A stretch of 64,000 nucleotides of DNA, from the NCBI GenBank assembly GCA_965645245.1, contig OZ287079.1:806001-870000 (forward strand). The letters run 5' to 3'. The notes under the pieces were generated by a model that worked only from the letters and a program-made list of their open reading frames with translations, made no database searches and had not been told where the DNA came from. The position numbers and the translations under genes are program-made. Below are positions 25,604 to 35,041 of this stretch, in pieces. The stretch's first letter is position 1; every line of letters starts with the position of its first letter. This DNA comes from Massalongia carnosa (Eukaryota).

Positions 25604-26260
25604 TTAAAACCAATCCATTGGCGCCTCCATATTTCTTGCTAAATACGCTGCATTGTCCTGTTTAAATCTTTGGCTAGGCTGATGCAGGCTCAACCGCTTT
25701 TCGAGAGCACCCTTCAGCGTCCACGAGGGCGCCTCTTCCCTCGTAAAGTTGATGCATCTGGCCTCTGAAAAGTTCAAGGAGCCGTCACGCCGAAGTCCGA
25801 GTTCAAGCCTCCAATTAAACGCATCGACTAGAGCGTCAACCAGATTTGCCAGGATAGCATAGCGTACGGAATCCTTATACTTCGGATCTGGTATGCGAGA
25901 AAGAGCCCATCGACGCTCTGGGTGGTAGAAGAAATACCCGGTTTCGCTACCAATCCGGTTGATCCTGTACGAGCAAAGGTTTTCGTAGAGGCGATAGAGC
26001 GAGCAAAGAGCACTATTGCGGATGCGAAAGAGGGGGATCACAAACAACTAGCGGTTGTTGCCATGACAGTCCACAAGCTCGGGGTTGTCCTGTACTTCTT
26101 CAACAGATCTGCAAGGTTTTGGCAGCTCGAATCTCCAAGGAAATGGCCATAGAAGCTGGGTGAGTATAGTCCATGGTTTCTCGCAGACACTGATACGTCG
26201 TATGGTTGTCCGAACACCAAGTGGTGACTGGTGGTTGATCGTCAGAATCCGAGGCCTCAT
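25604..26260 (-). pseudogene. Fungal 'RYAILA...AFNWRLxLGLRRD' family gene with an in-frame stop
   Basis: The two listed ORFs (26048..26359 and 25604..26047) share one frame, separated by TAG at 26048-26050. Motifs SLYRLYE, IPDP..DSVRYAILA..V.AFNWRLELGLRRD, PSWT. Confidence 0.75.
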
Positions 26261-26448
26261 GAAGAAATGCCCTTGGTATGAAAGATAAGGGCTCGTAATC
26301 TTTCCCGATCTTAATATTCCGTACATTTTACAGCTAAGTGATTGAATATTTTGGCGCAATGCGTATTGATAAGTCTACATATTATATATAATAGATAAAC
26401 AAACCATGTCCTTTTGCCATGAAAATTCTCTCATACTCTACAGTCACC

Positions 26449-26900
26449 TTATTTTCTCTGGACATGTACACAATATAGTTTTAACTTCTCATCAGTTCGC
26501 GTGGGAGTGGACCTTTTCTCTTTTGTCAGCAATCACTTCAATATAGAAATAACATCCATACCACAGTTCGTAAATCCAGTCCAACAGAGCTTTCTAGCCA
26601 AGAAAAGCTCTCATTTGACAGTGTATATGAAAAGGGTTCGGCCTTTCCATAAAATAGCATCTTGGGCAAAGGATGCCTTAAATAATGGCATGACCTTGCT
26701 ATTTACCCACATAGGGGTCAAGTTCAGATTTCTTGGGCACGGTATTGATAGCCTTCTGCAACATTCCCGCTATCTTCCCCCGATCCTGTATCCTAGGATT
26801 GAAGATGTAATCGATGTCTTCAGTCATGGCTCTATTGTGCAAATAACTGCCTGAAACGAAACCTCCTATGGCGATAAGCTTGAGAGGGATTGGTTATTTT
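26449..26900 (-). pseudogene. Nucleotidyltransferase-like (DUF7582/AbiEii-like) pseudogene
   Basis: Manual translation gives IPLKLIAIGGFVSGSYLHNRAMTEDIDYIFNP...KAINTV, then a +1 frameshift to PMWVNSKVMPLFKASFAQDAILWKGRTLFIYTVK*ELFLARKL. The GG-x9-R-xx-T-E-DID motif is at ~26807-26866. Confidence 0.72.
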
Positions 26901-27789
26901 GCGTGGTTTCCGGGATCTTATATGTAATATCCACACCAAATCCTCCAAGGGGCTAACAAATACCATTTGTCTGTTAGATGTCGACTGTTGTCAAGTGAAT
27001 CTGAGGGTTTATTAAAGACTTTTTTTTTACCCTGCTTGAATTATTCAACGTTAAATGTACTCGTATCCTACTGCTGCCGACACGCTATACGTTGGACTGA
27101 AATAGATATTACAAATTGTAGAGAAATACTCCCGTGGGAACAGTGCATTTGAGTAATTGTGAAATGATGACCTGAAAGCATTTATGGTAGAAGCTCTTGA
27201 CTATTTTAGCCTTTGGGGGACCCATGACCCAGAGGAAGTTACGTCTAAAATAGGGGTCCCTTTTGCGTTTGGATTACATTACTTGCTAGACGTAAAAGTC
27301 AAACGCTTTCGAGAAACAACACTTTAGCTATATATTAGTTACAAGGAGAAGTTTTCGAAAAAGGCTGGAGATCTCCTTTGATTTATGTCACCCCCAAACA
27401 CCTCTGGCAAAACTCAAAATATGGTTACACGCAGAGGGCAACTTGCACCAGCATCAGTTTATATGTGCTACTGCTGCAACAGAACATATTGGAAAAGTCC
27501 CCTCGCAGTTTACGGCGTTATGAGGCGCATTGCTCCTAATCTCCTGTCCTCTTGATTGCTATATCTTAGCATTAGATGCTTTTCGTTAATCTGATAGTAT
27601 GGGATACCAAGGAGATCTCCCCTATACGTCACCGGAACGGCTTCAAGACCGCCAGTCCAATCACCCTGACCTGCCTATTCGTATGCTAAACGATGCAGCT
27701 GAAAGATACGAGCAGCGATTAAATCGAGGTCAAAGGATCGTCGACAGCCTTTGAGGAAGTTGCTAGTTAACATTATTATGCCCGATGTT

Positions 27790-28346
27790 TCTCGAATCAT
27801 CATGAAACGACGTACAAGAAAGAAAAGTATAACGAGGTTGATCATACTCGATGCCTACAAAGAACATCTTCCTATTATGCTCGATGACGATTCGAACATT
27901 GTTTTCATGTAAGATGAAGCTAAAACACACAAAATTCGAGAGACAATGAACTGATTCCTAGAAAAAAGATACACGATCATGAATTGATCGACCTACTTTT
28001 TCGATTTGAACCTCATCGAGATGATATGAAAGAAAACGAAGAACATAGTCTTTAAAAGACACTTCAAATTACGCATTCTGTCAGTAAGTGCCTCATAAAT
28101 TTAAGAGATCATTGTTGATTCTGTCTTGAAGACATGAGACTACATAACTGAGGCGTATTTGAAAGATTTAATGCGGTCAATGCCTCGTCGAGTGCAAGTA
28201 GTCCTAAATGTAAATGAAGATTATAATAAATATTAGCTATATGTAAACAAATAATTGCATCCATTTAATGAGCCGTTGATTTTGTAGTAGCAAGAATTAT
28301 CTATTCATACTGCTATGAAATTTGTTTAAATTCGCCTAGTTATCCG
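27790..28346 (+). mobile_element. RIP-like mutated Tc1 remnant (DD34E C-terminus)
   Basis: Frame from 27901 reads VFM*DEAKTHKIRETMN*FLEKRYTIMN*STYFFDLNLIEMI*...SMPRRVQVV...YNKY*, a transition-riddled version of FMQDGA...WPPYSPDLNPIE. Confidence 0.85.
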
Positions 28347-28865
28347 TATTGGAATTTGCCGAGATACCTGAATATTTGCGACCGAGGTTCTTTTGCCTCC
28401 TGCTTACTAATTTCCAGATTAGGCAATCATATGCTATATGCGAAAAGCTTCAGATATCGGCACGACTTCGGCAACTACGAGGAGGCAAAAGTATGCAGCA
28501 AGAATGCTACATTTCGGAGGCAATTCAGCTGTTCATGATCAATGAGTGTCTCGGTGTCTCCGGTCAGCAACGAGGTGTATTTTGCCCAGCTGAAAAGGTT
28601 CAAAGGAAGCAGGTTCATGCATTTGATATAGGCCGAGATGGAGGCCCTCAAGCAGTATAAAGAGACGATGATTCCTCATGTAATTTAGCTATTCAGTCGT
28701 TCAGAATTCAGTTCAGCAGATAGCTAAATTTGGAGTATCTTCACTGGAAATACGGAGTACCTGCATCACGTTTGCCAAGCACTTCTCTTTGCCTATCCTT
28801 GATAGCCCTAGACCCTCTTCTCCTGCATCCCGCTGCCGTATGCCTGGTTGATTTTTTGTTCAACA
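28347..28865 (+). repeat. 5' LTR of copia-2
   Basis: TATTG...CAACA; no difference from the 3' LTR seen by eye. Confidence 0.96.
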
Positions 28866-29010
28866 GGTTATGAGCCCGGATAGCACTCTATTCAAATCCA
28901 GGAGTATTTATCACTAGATCTTTTATCTTAGGGGATATAGCCCGTGTGCTTGTTTGAACTCCTAGCTATCCATTTCGGCACTCGAATAGGACGACTCCTT
29001 CACCACCAAA

Positions 29011-32000
29011 ATGTCTGCCTCTGAAGACAGCCAAGATACCGGAGGTGCCATGAGGGCATCCACCACCCCCGAGGCTAGCAAGGCCTCCTCATCAAAGGAC
29101 AAGGGCCTAGCGGCTATGACAGCCATTGATGGGGGATATAAAAGGGGTGCCGGTGTGAAAGGTGAAGTAAAACTGCCAAAACTTACTAGCGACAACTACA
29201 GGCTGTGGTCCCACCTTTTGAAGGTGCACTTAATTGCCAAAGGGCTCTGGAAAGTAGTCAGTGGAGAGATACTCGAACCACCAGGAAGCATGCCTTTGGA
29301 TAGAGACTCGTGGATCTTTGATGATGCCACAGCAATCACCATCCTCATGGGAGCCATGGATGAAAGGCAGCAGAAGCATGTGCAACTGCAGCAATCTGCC
29401 AAAGGGGTATGGGATGCCCAAAAGGAAATTCACGGCAAAGACTCCAGGACACGCTTGGTCCCCATGCTCCGCCGATTTCATACGTATAAGGCCAAGGCAG
29501 AGGAAGGAGTGGATGAGACTGCAGCAGAGCTAGAAGATATGAGGGATATCATCGCAAACATCAACCCAGAGGTGAAGCCATCCGATATCATGATGGCCCT
29601 AGTCCTAATGGATTCGGTGGATCACGAGCGGTATAATGCGGTGAAATTGCAATTAAACGACTTGGAAAACCTCACGTTTCGGAAGGTGATTGAAAAATAT
29701 AAGGAAATCGAGCAGATGGCCAGAGATAACGCGGGGACCCCCTATGAAATCGCTAATAAGGTCTCCGCCAAGCCCTATAAGTTTAAGGGGAAATGTTACC
29801 ACTGCAAGAAACCTGGTCACGTGAAAACCAAGTGTTTTGAATGGCTTGCCAGTGACGAAGGCAAGGCCTACAATGAAGATACCGCCAGCACGGCCCAATC
29901 AAAGGGCAAGAAAGCCAAGGACGGAGGTAAGGGAGAGGAAAAGTTAAGGGATGGCAGACGTGGCAAGGGCCGAGGAGGTCACCTTGCACGCAAAGCATCC
30001 GGCACAAGGGACAGCGACAGTGAGGATAGCGACGACGAGTCAGTGTACGGTCGCATGGCCATTGACCACGTGGACCAGAGCGACCATGAGGATTACACCG
30101 ACTACGTCAACAATGGGGCGCGCTATCGCACTTCCCAGAAGTGCTCCTCCCCTAAGAGTTTTGCTAGAGTGGCAAAACTCACTTCCAAAGTAATACCCCC
30201 GAATGAGTGGATTATTGACTCAGGGGCCAGTCGCCATATGACGGCCAATCGGAAGCTATTCACAAACTTTACACTGCAGGTAAGTTGGGTGACGATAGCT
30301 AATGGGGTAAAGATTAAATCACCTGGTAAAGGTGATGTGGCTGTGGAGCTGGAGGATAAGAAGTTCAAACTCACAGAAGTGTTATACGTACCTGAGCTGG
30401 ATGCGAATTTGTTGTCAATTTCGGCATTACAAGCTAGAGGAATGATTGTGAGGTTTGGATTGAGTTGCGTCGAAATTTTGAGGAGAGGTACCTGCCTCGC
30501 CACCGGGTTTTTGGTGGGAAAAACGTACCTGCTCCGATCCGCAGGAAGCGGAGTGGCCCTGATAGCCACTGAGGATCCCGAGGAAGAAATCCCTATTACT
30601 TCTGATCCAAATATCAGCGAAAGATCGTCCGGAAATCAGAATTTGCCAAGAATGCCAGAAAATGCAAAAGACAACAAAAAAGCAATTAGCACTCGGTCCC
30701 AATTAGAAAGAGACCGATACCTACTATGGCATGGCCGCATGGGGCACGTGGGAGCATACAGACTCACTGTCCTCCATGAAGCCACTAATGGAGTGGGAGC
30801 CAAGTTACATGACCATGAGAAGGAATGCAAATGCATCACATGTACTCAGACGAAAATGACTCGAATAATCAACCGAAACCCACCAGAACGGGCTACCCGC
30901 CGTCTGGAACGAGTCTATTCAGACTTTTGGGGTCCATATCGGGTGCCCAATAACCAGGGGACCAAGTATTTTGTGTCCTTCACCGACGAAGCCACCGGCT
31001 ACTCGGATGTTTACCTCGGGGCCAGGAGCGAGCTAGAAAAGCTCTTTCGGATGTTCAAAAATCGTGCCGAGATCGAGACAGGGGAGCGAATCAGGCCCTT
31101 GCGATGTGATAACGCTTTGGAGTATGAAAAACTGGCTAGAACGATATTGCCGGAAGGAATAGTGGTGGAGTTTACCACGGCCTATACCCCTGAGCAGAAT
31201 GGGGTTGCAGAAAGACTCAATAGAACGCTGATGCAGATGGTATCAGCGATGCAGATGTGGTCTGGGTTGCCTAGGTCATTTTGGGGGGACGCAGTACTGA
31301 CTGCCAATTATCTGAAGAATCGGCTTCCGTCGAAGCGGTTTGATATGAAGACCCCATATGAGATGTGGCACCAGAAGAAGCCAGAGGTAGGCCATATAAG
31401 GACCTATGGATGCCTCGTACACGTGCACGTTCCTAGCGAAACTCGTGCGAAGATGGATAAGGTATCCCATCAGGGAATTCTCGTTGGATTCCGGTCATCA
31501 AGACAGTATAAGGTGCATAATCCTGATACGAAAACAGTGGGAGTACATACCTCAGTGAAGTTTTTCGAGGATTGGCCAGGAGGCCCTTTACTGAACGCAC
31601 CAGTGGAACCGGGTGAGTGGGAGTTAGATGTTGCAGATTCAGACTACGAACCGGATGAGGAACAAGGAGTTCCTACGCACAAACTTACCAACCCTGAGAC
31701 AGCCTTAGAGTTTCAGGGAACATCAAACCTAGAAAATGACGACGCAATAGTTCTAGGCGATAATGTTCCCGGAGAAAGTATTGAGGGTGCAGAGAATCCC
31801 TCACTGAATGAAGGCGATATTCCCGGAAATCGCGAAACTCCGGGAAATCAAGAAGAAGGAAACGAGACCTCGGAAACTGAAATCCGAGCGCCAGAATTCG
31901 AAGGTCTGCCGACTACTGGGCGAAATTCGCCAGAGCCAGCACAGAATTCAAAAAGGGGGCAGAAAGCCACGCTCCCACCGAAAAATCAACAGCTTGTTTC

Positions 32001-33648
32001 CGCAGCATCTTCCCGGTCAAGACGCACGAAAAAGCCGTATGACTCCAAGGCATTTGATAAGTCAAAAGCACCAATGGCTATCGTTTATATAGCTCGATTG
32101 CCTGAACCGGCTACCTATAAGGAAGCCATGACTGGACCAAATCGCCGTGAATGGAGGGGGGCAACGGAAGAAGAGCTGGAAGCGCTGCGGTGGAAACGCA
32201 CGTTTATCATCGTGCCGAGGCCGAAAAACCGTGAGCTAATAACTTCGAAATGGGTGTTCAAAATCAAATACACATCCGCCGCAGTTATTGAGCGGTTCAA
32301 GGCCAGACTTTGTGCTAGAGGTTTCAGTCAGAAATATGGCATTGATTACGAAGAGACATTTGCACCCACCTTAAGGTTCGAATCTCTGAGAATGTTAATG
32401 GCAATTACTGCGTTACTGAACCTGGAAGCACATCAAATGGACGTTTCAAATGCCTATTTAGAAGGTGAGTTGGAAGAAGAAATCTACATGGAAATACCAG
32501 AGGGAATGGATGTTCCGAACGGAAAAAATAAGGCCCTTCTACTGCAAAAAGGTCTTTATGGTCTCAAGCAATCCGGCCGAATCTGGAGCAGAAAGTTCAG
32601 AAGGTATCTGAGATCCATTGGATTCGAACCAATCTCAGCCGACAATTGTGTGTTCATAAACCTCCAAGCCGGCGTCATTATCTCAGTATACGTCGATGAT
32701 CTTCTCATCTTTGCCGCCAAAATATCCCGCATCAATGCAGTCAAGGCACAGCTAAAACGGGAGTATAAGATGAAGGATTTGGGAGAGGTGGACCATATCC
32801 TGGGAATGCGAGTGCGGAGGAACCGAAAATCTAGAAACCTAACACTAGATCAGTCAGTATACATCAACAACTTCATTTCGAAATATGGGATGGAAAATGC
32901 ACACCCAGTTTCAACTCCTATTGATGGATATGCAGCACTGACTGCCGCCACCCCCACGGAACCCAGGACCGACCAACTGGAGTATCAGAAAAGGATAGGA
33001 AGTCTAATGTATGCCATGACAAGTACCAGACCTGACATAGCCTTTGCAATTGGCAAGTTAAGTCAATTCAGTCACGATCCAGGTGTAAAGCATCGAGTTG
33101 CGCTGGATAGAGTAATTAGGTATTTGAAAGGCACTGCAAGCTTAGGCCTAGTCTATGGCCCTAGCCCGAAAGGCAACACCCCCATAGGGTACGCGGATGC
33201 GGCTTATGCCGATTCCTCGGAAAATCGAAAATCCACACATGGCATGACTTTGCTTCTTGCAAATTCAGCATGCATCTGGACCAGCAAGAAACAACGCACT
33301 GTTTCTACCTCAACCACTGAAGCCGAATACGTTTCGCAATGCCAGGCTTCAAAACAGCTCGTTTGGGCAGGTCGCTGGCTACAGCAACTTGGGATTAGAG
33401 AGAGAGGAGCCATCGAACTTCGGTGTGATAATCAAGGGGCCATTGCACTCGTCAGAAACCCCGAAAACCACTCACGTACGAAGCACATCGATGTGCAATA
33501 TCACTACATTCGCGAGGTAGTGGAGGATGGACTTATCCAAATCAGCTATGTTCCCACCAACGAGATGGCAGCTGATATTCTAACAAAGCCTTTGACCAAG
33601 GCGGCTTTTGAACGCGGACGTGCTCTACTAGGTATGAAGGAAACCTAG
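29011..33648 (+). CDS. Copia gag-pol polyprotein (1545 aa)
   Basis: Single ORF: gag, zinc knuckle CYHCKKPGHVKTKC, protease WIIDSGAS, WHGRMGH, integrase SDFWGP/RCDNALEY/QNGVAER, RT YVDDLL, RNase H GYADAAYA/TTEAEY/CDNQGA. Confidence 0.97.
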   Translation: MSASEDSQDTGGAMRASTTPEASKASSSKDKGLAAMTAIDGGYKRGAGVKGEVKLPKLTSDNYRLWSHLLKVHLIAKGLWKVVSGEILEPPGSMPLDRDSWIFDDATAITILMGAMDERQQKHVQLQQSAKGVWDAQKEIHGKDSRTRLVPMLRRFHTYKAKAEEGVDETAAELEDMRDIIANINPEVKPSDIMMALVLMDSVDHERYNAVKLQLNDLENLTFRKVIEKYKEIEQMARDNAGTPYEIANKVSAKPYKFKGKCYHCKKPGHVKTKCFEWLASDEGKAYNEDTASTAQSKGKKAKDGGKGEEKLRDGRRGKGRGGHLARKASGTRDSDSEDSDDESVYGRMAIDHVDQSDHEDYTDYVNNGARYRTSQKCSSPKSFARVAKLTSKVIPPNEWIIDSGASRHMTANRKLFTNFTLQVSWVTIANGVKIKSPGKGDVAVELEDKKFKLTEVLYVPELDANLLSISALQARGMIVRFGLSCVEILRRGTCLATGFLVGKTYLLRSAGSGVALIATEDPEEEIPITSDPNISERSSGNQNLPRMPENAKDNKKAISTRSQLERDRYLLWHGRMGHVGAYRLTVLHEATNGVGAKLHDHEKECKCITCTQTKMTRIINRNPPERATRRLERVYSDFWGPYRVPNNQGTKYFVSFTDEATGYSDVYLGARSELEKLFRMFKNRAEIETGERIRPLRCDNALEYEKLARTILPEGIVVEFTTAYTPEQNGVAERLNRTLMQMVSAMQMWSGLPRSFWGDAVLTANYLKNRLPSKRFDMKTPYEMWHQKKPEVGHIRTYGCLVHVHVPSETRAKMDKVSHQGILVGFRSSRQYKVHNPDTKTVGVHTSVKFFEDWPGGPLLNAPVEPGEWELDVADSDYEPDEEQGVPTHKLTNPETALEFQGTSNLENDDAIVLGDNVPGESIEGAENPSLNEGDIPGNRETPGNQEEGNETSETEIRAPEFEGLPTTGRNSPEPAQNSKRGQKATLPPKNQQLVSAASSRSRRTKKPYDSKAFDKSKAPMAIVYIARLPEPATYKEAMTGPNRREWRGATEEELEALRWKRTFIIVPRPKNRELITSKWVFKIKYTSAAVIERFKARLCARGFSQKYGIDYEETFAPTLRFESLRMLMAITALLNLEAHQMDVSNAYLEGELEEEIYMEIPEGMDVPNGKNKALLLQKGLYGLKQSGRIWSRKFRRYLRSIGFEPISADNCVFINLQAGVIISVYVDDLLIFAAKISRINAVKAQLKREYKMKDLGEVDHILGMRVRRNRKSRNLTLDQSVYINNFISKYGMENAHPVSTPIDGYAALTAATPTEPRTDQLEYQKRIGSLMYAMTSTRPDIAFAIGKLSQFSHDPGVKHRVALDRVIRYLKGTASLGLVYGPSPKGNTPIGYADAAYADSSENRKSTHGMTLLLANSACIWTSKKQRTVSTSTTEAEYVSQCQASKQLVWAGRWLQQLGIRERGAIELRCDNQGAIALVRNPENHSRTKHIDVQYHYIREVVEDGLIQISYVPTNEMAADILTKPLTKAAFERGRALLGMKET

Positions 33649-33802
33649 AGAGTTAGCGATAGTTTATCGCAACCACATCGGCCCACGAGGGCCCATGGCC
33701 TACCTGAGCATCGTGTTCAGATGGGCAGAACGCGGAGGATTTCTTTTAATTCGTTTTTGGGCATGCGAGGGTATGAAGCCATTCAGATACTCGGAGTGGG
33801 AG

Positions 33803-34321
33803 TATTGGAATTTGCCGAGATACCTGAATATTTGCGACCGAGGTTCTTTTGCCTCCTGCTTACTAATTTCCAGATTAGGCAATCATATGCTATATGCGAA
33901 AAGCTTCAGATATCGGCACGACTTCGGCAACTACGAGGAGGCAAAAGTATGCAGCAAGAATGCTACATTTCGGAGGCAATTCAGCTGTTCATGATCAATG
34001 AGTGTCTCGGTGTCTCCGGTCAGCAACGAGGTGTATTTTGCCCAGCTGAAAAGGTTCAAAGGAAGCAGGTTCATGCATTTGATATAGGCCGAGATGGAGG
34101 CCCTCAAGCAGTATAAAGAGACGATGATTCCTCATGTAATTTAGCTATTCAGTCGTTCAGAATTCAGTTCAGCAGATAGCTAAATTTGGAGTATCTTCAC
34201 TGGAAATACGGAGTACCTGCATCACGTTTGCCAAGCACTTCTCTTTGCCTATCCTTGATAGCCCTAGACCCTCTTCTCCTGCATCCCGCTGCCGTATGCC
34301 TGGTTGATTTTTTGTTCAACA
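33803..34321 (+). repeat. 3' LTR of copia-2
   Basis: Follows the PPT and is followed by TSD ATCCG. Confidence 0.96.
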
Positions 34322-35041
34322 ATCCGGACACTAACGACCGGGATTAGGGTATACTTTGAATACCTTCAAATGCCACCATACTCTACGCCCATAGAGATGG
34401 CAGCAAGGAAGATTTAGACAGACGCTCGAGTATAGATTACCCTACTCTGGACTTTGTACTCGGTACTCTACACTCTACAACCTTCATTTCCAACGCACCT
34501 TCAAGGTGTTTAGCGCCATAGAGTACTCCGTTCAGTCAACCACTGCGCTTTTCGTGTTGCATAACGCTAAAGCCATTTGATAGGTAAGACATTTTCTCAG
34601 TTCCTGTTGATAGATAAGTTGGGTTTCATTGATTAGCCCCGCATCCACATCACGAATCAATGGTGGTGAGGTGCTCGTCGAGGAATGCAAGTAGGTTCGG
34701 AAAGGGCAACGACATTAGGTGGAAGCTTTTACTCGCTAATACCTGTACTTTGTCGGCATCGTATCATGTTTTAGCCTCATAGTGGATGTTGTTTGATACT
34801 CGCGTCTGCAATTCAAAGATCGAATGAACCGAATCGATTGGGCGCGGGTGCGATTGATTTGATTATTCTTACGCCGTTGTGTCACCGGCCGAAGGCCGGC
34901 CCATGCGGGAGATGCTATATAAGCTATGTAATAAGTAGAAAACCCAAAGGTGAAAAACTACTCCTGCGTATCCGCTTCATCGGGGGTTCGCCGCTCCCGC
35001 GGATTGATTCCTGTATCTCGAAAATCTGCGATACCTGTTTT

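Larger units (their letters stand above)
28347..34321 (+). mobile_element. Full-length intact Ty1/copia retrotransposon (copia-2)
   Basis: 519-bp LTRs at 28347-28865 and 33803-34321. TSD ATCCG at 28342-28346 and 34322-34326. PBS GGTTATGAGCCC at 28866-28877. PPT GGAGTGGGAG at 33793-33802. Confidence 0.97.

Noticed and set aside
27340..27780. Protein-like fragments upstream of the Tc1 remnant
   Set aside because: Short, interrupted by stops, and without a recognisable motif.
28349..28660. ORFs duplicated at 28349/28356 and 33695/33721
   Set aside because: They are incidental frames within the two LTR copies.
34960..35010. Hammerhead-like word (CCGATGA) in the LINE 3' UTR
   Set aside because: The core is not CUGAUGA and no correctly placed GAAA or third stem was found.
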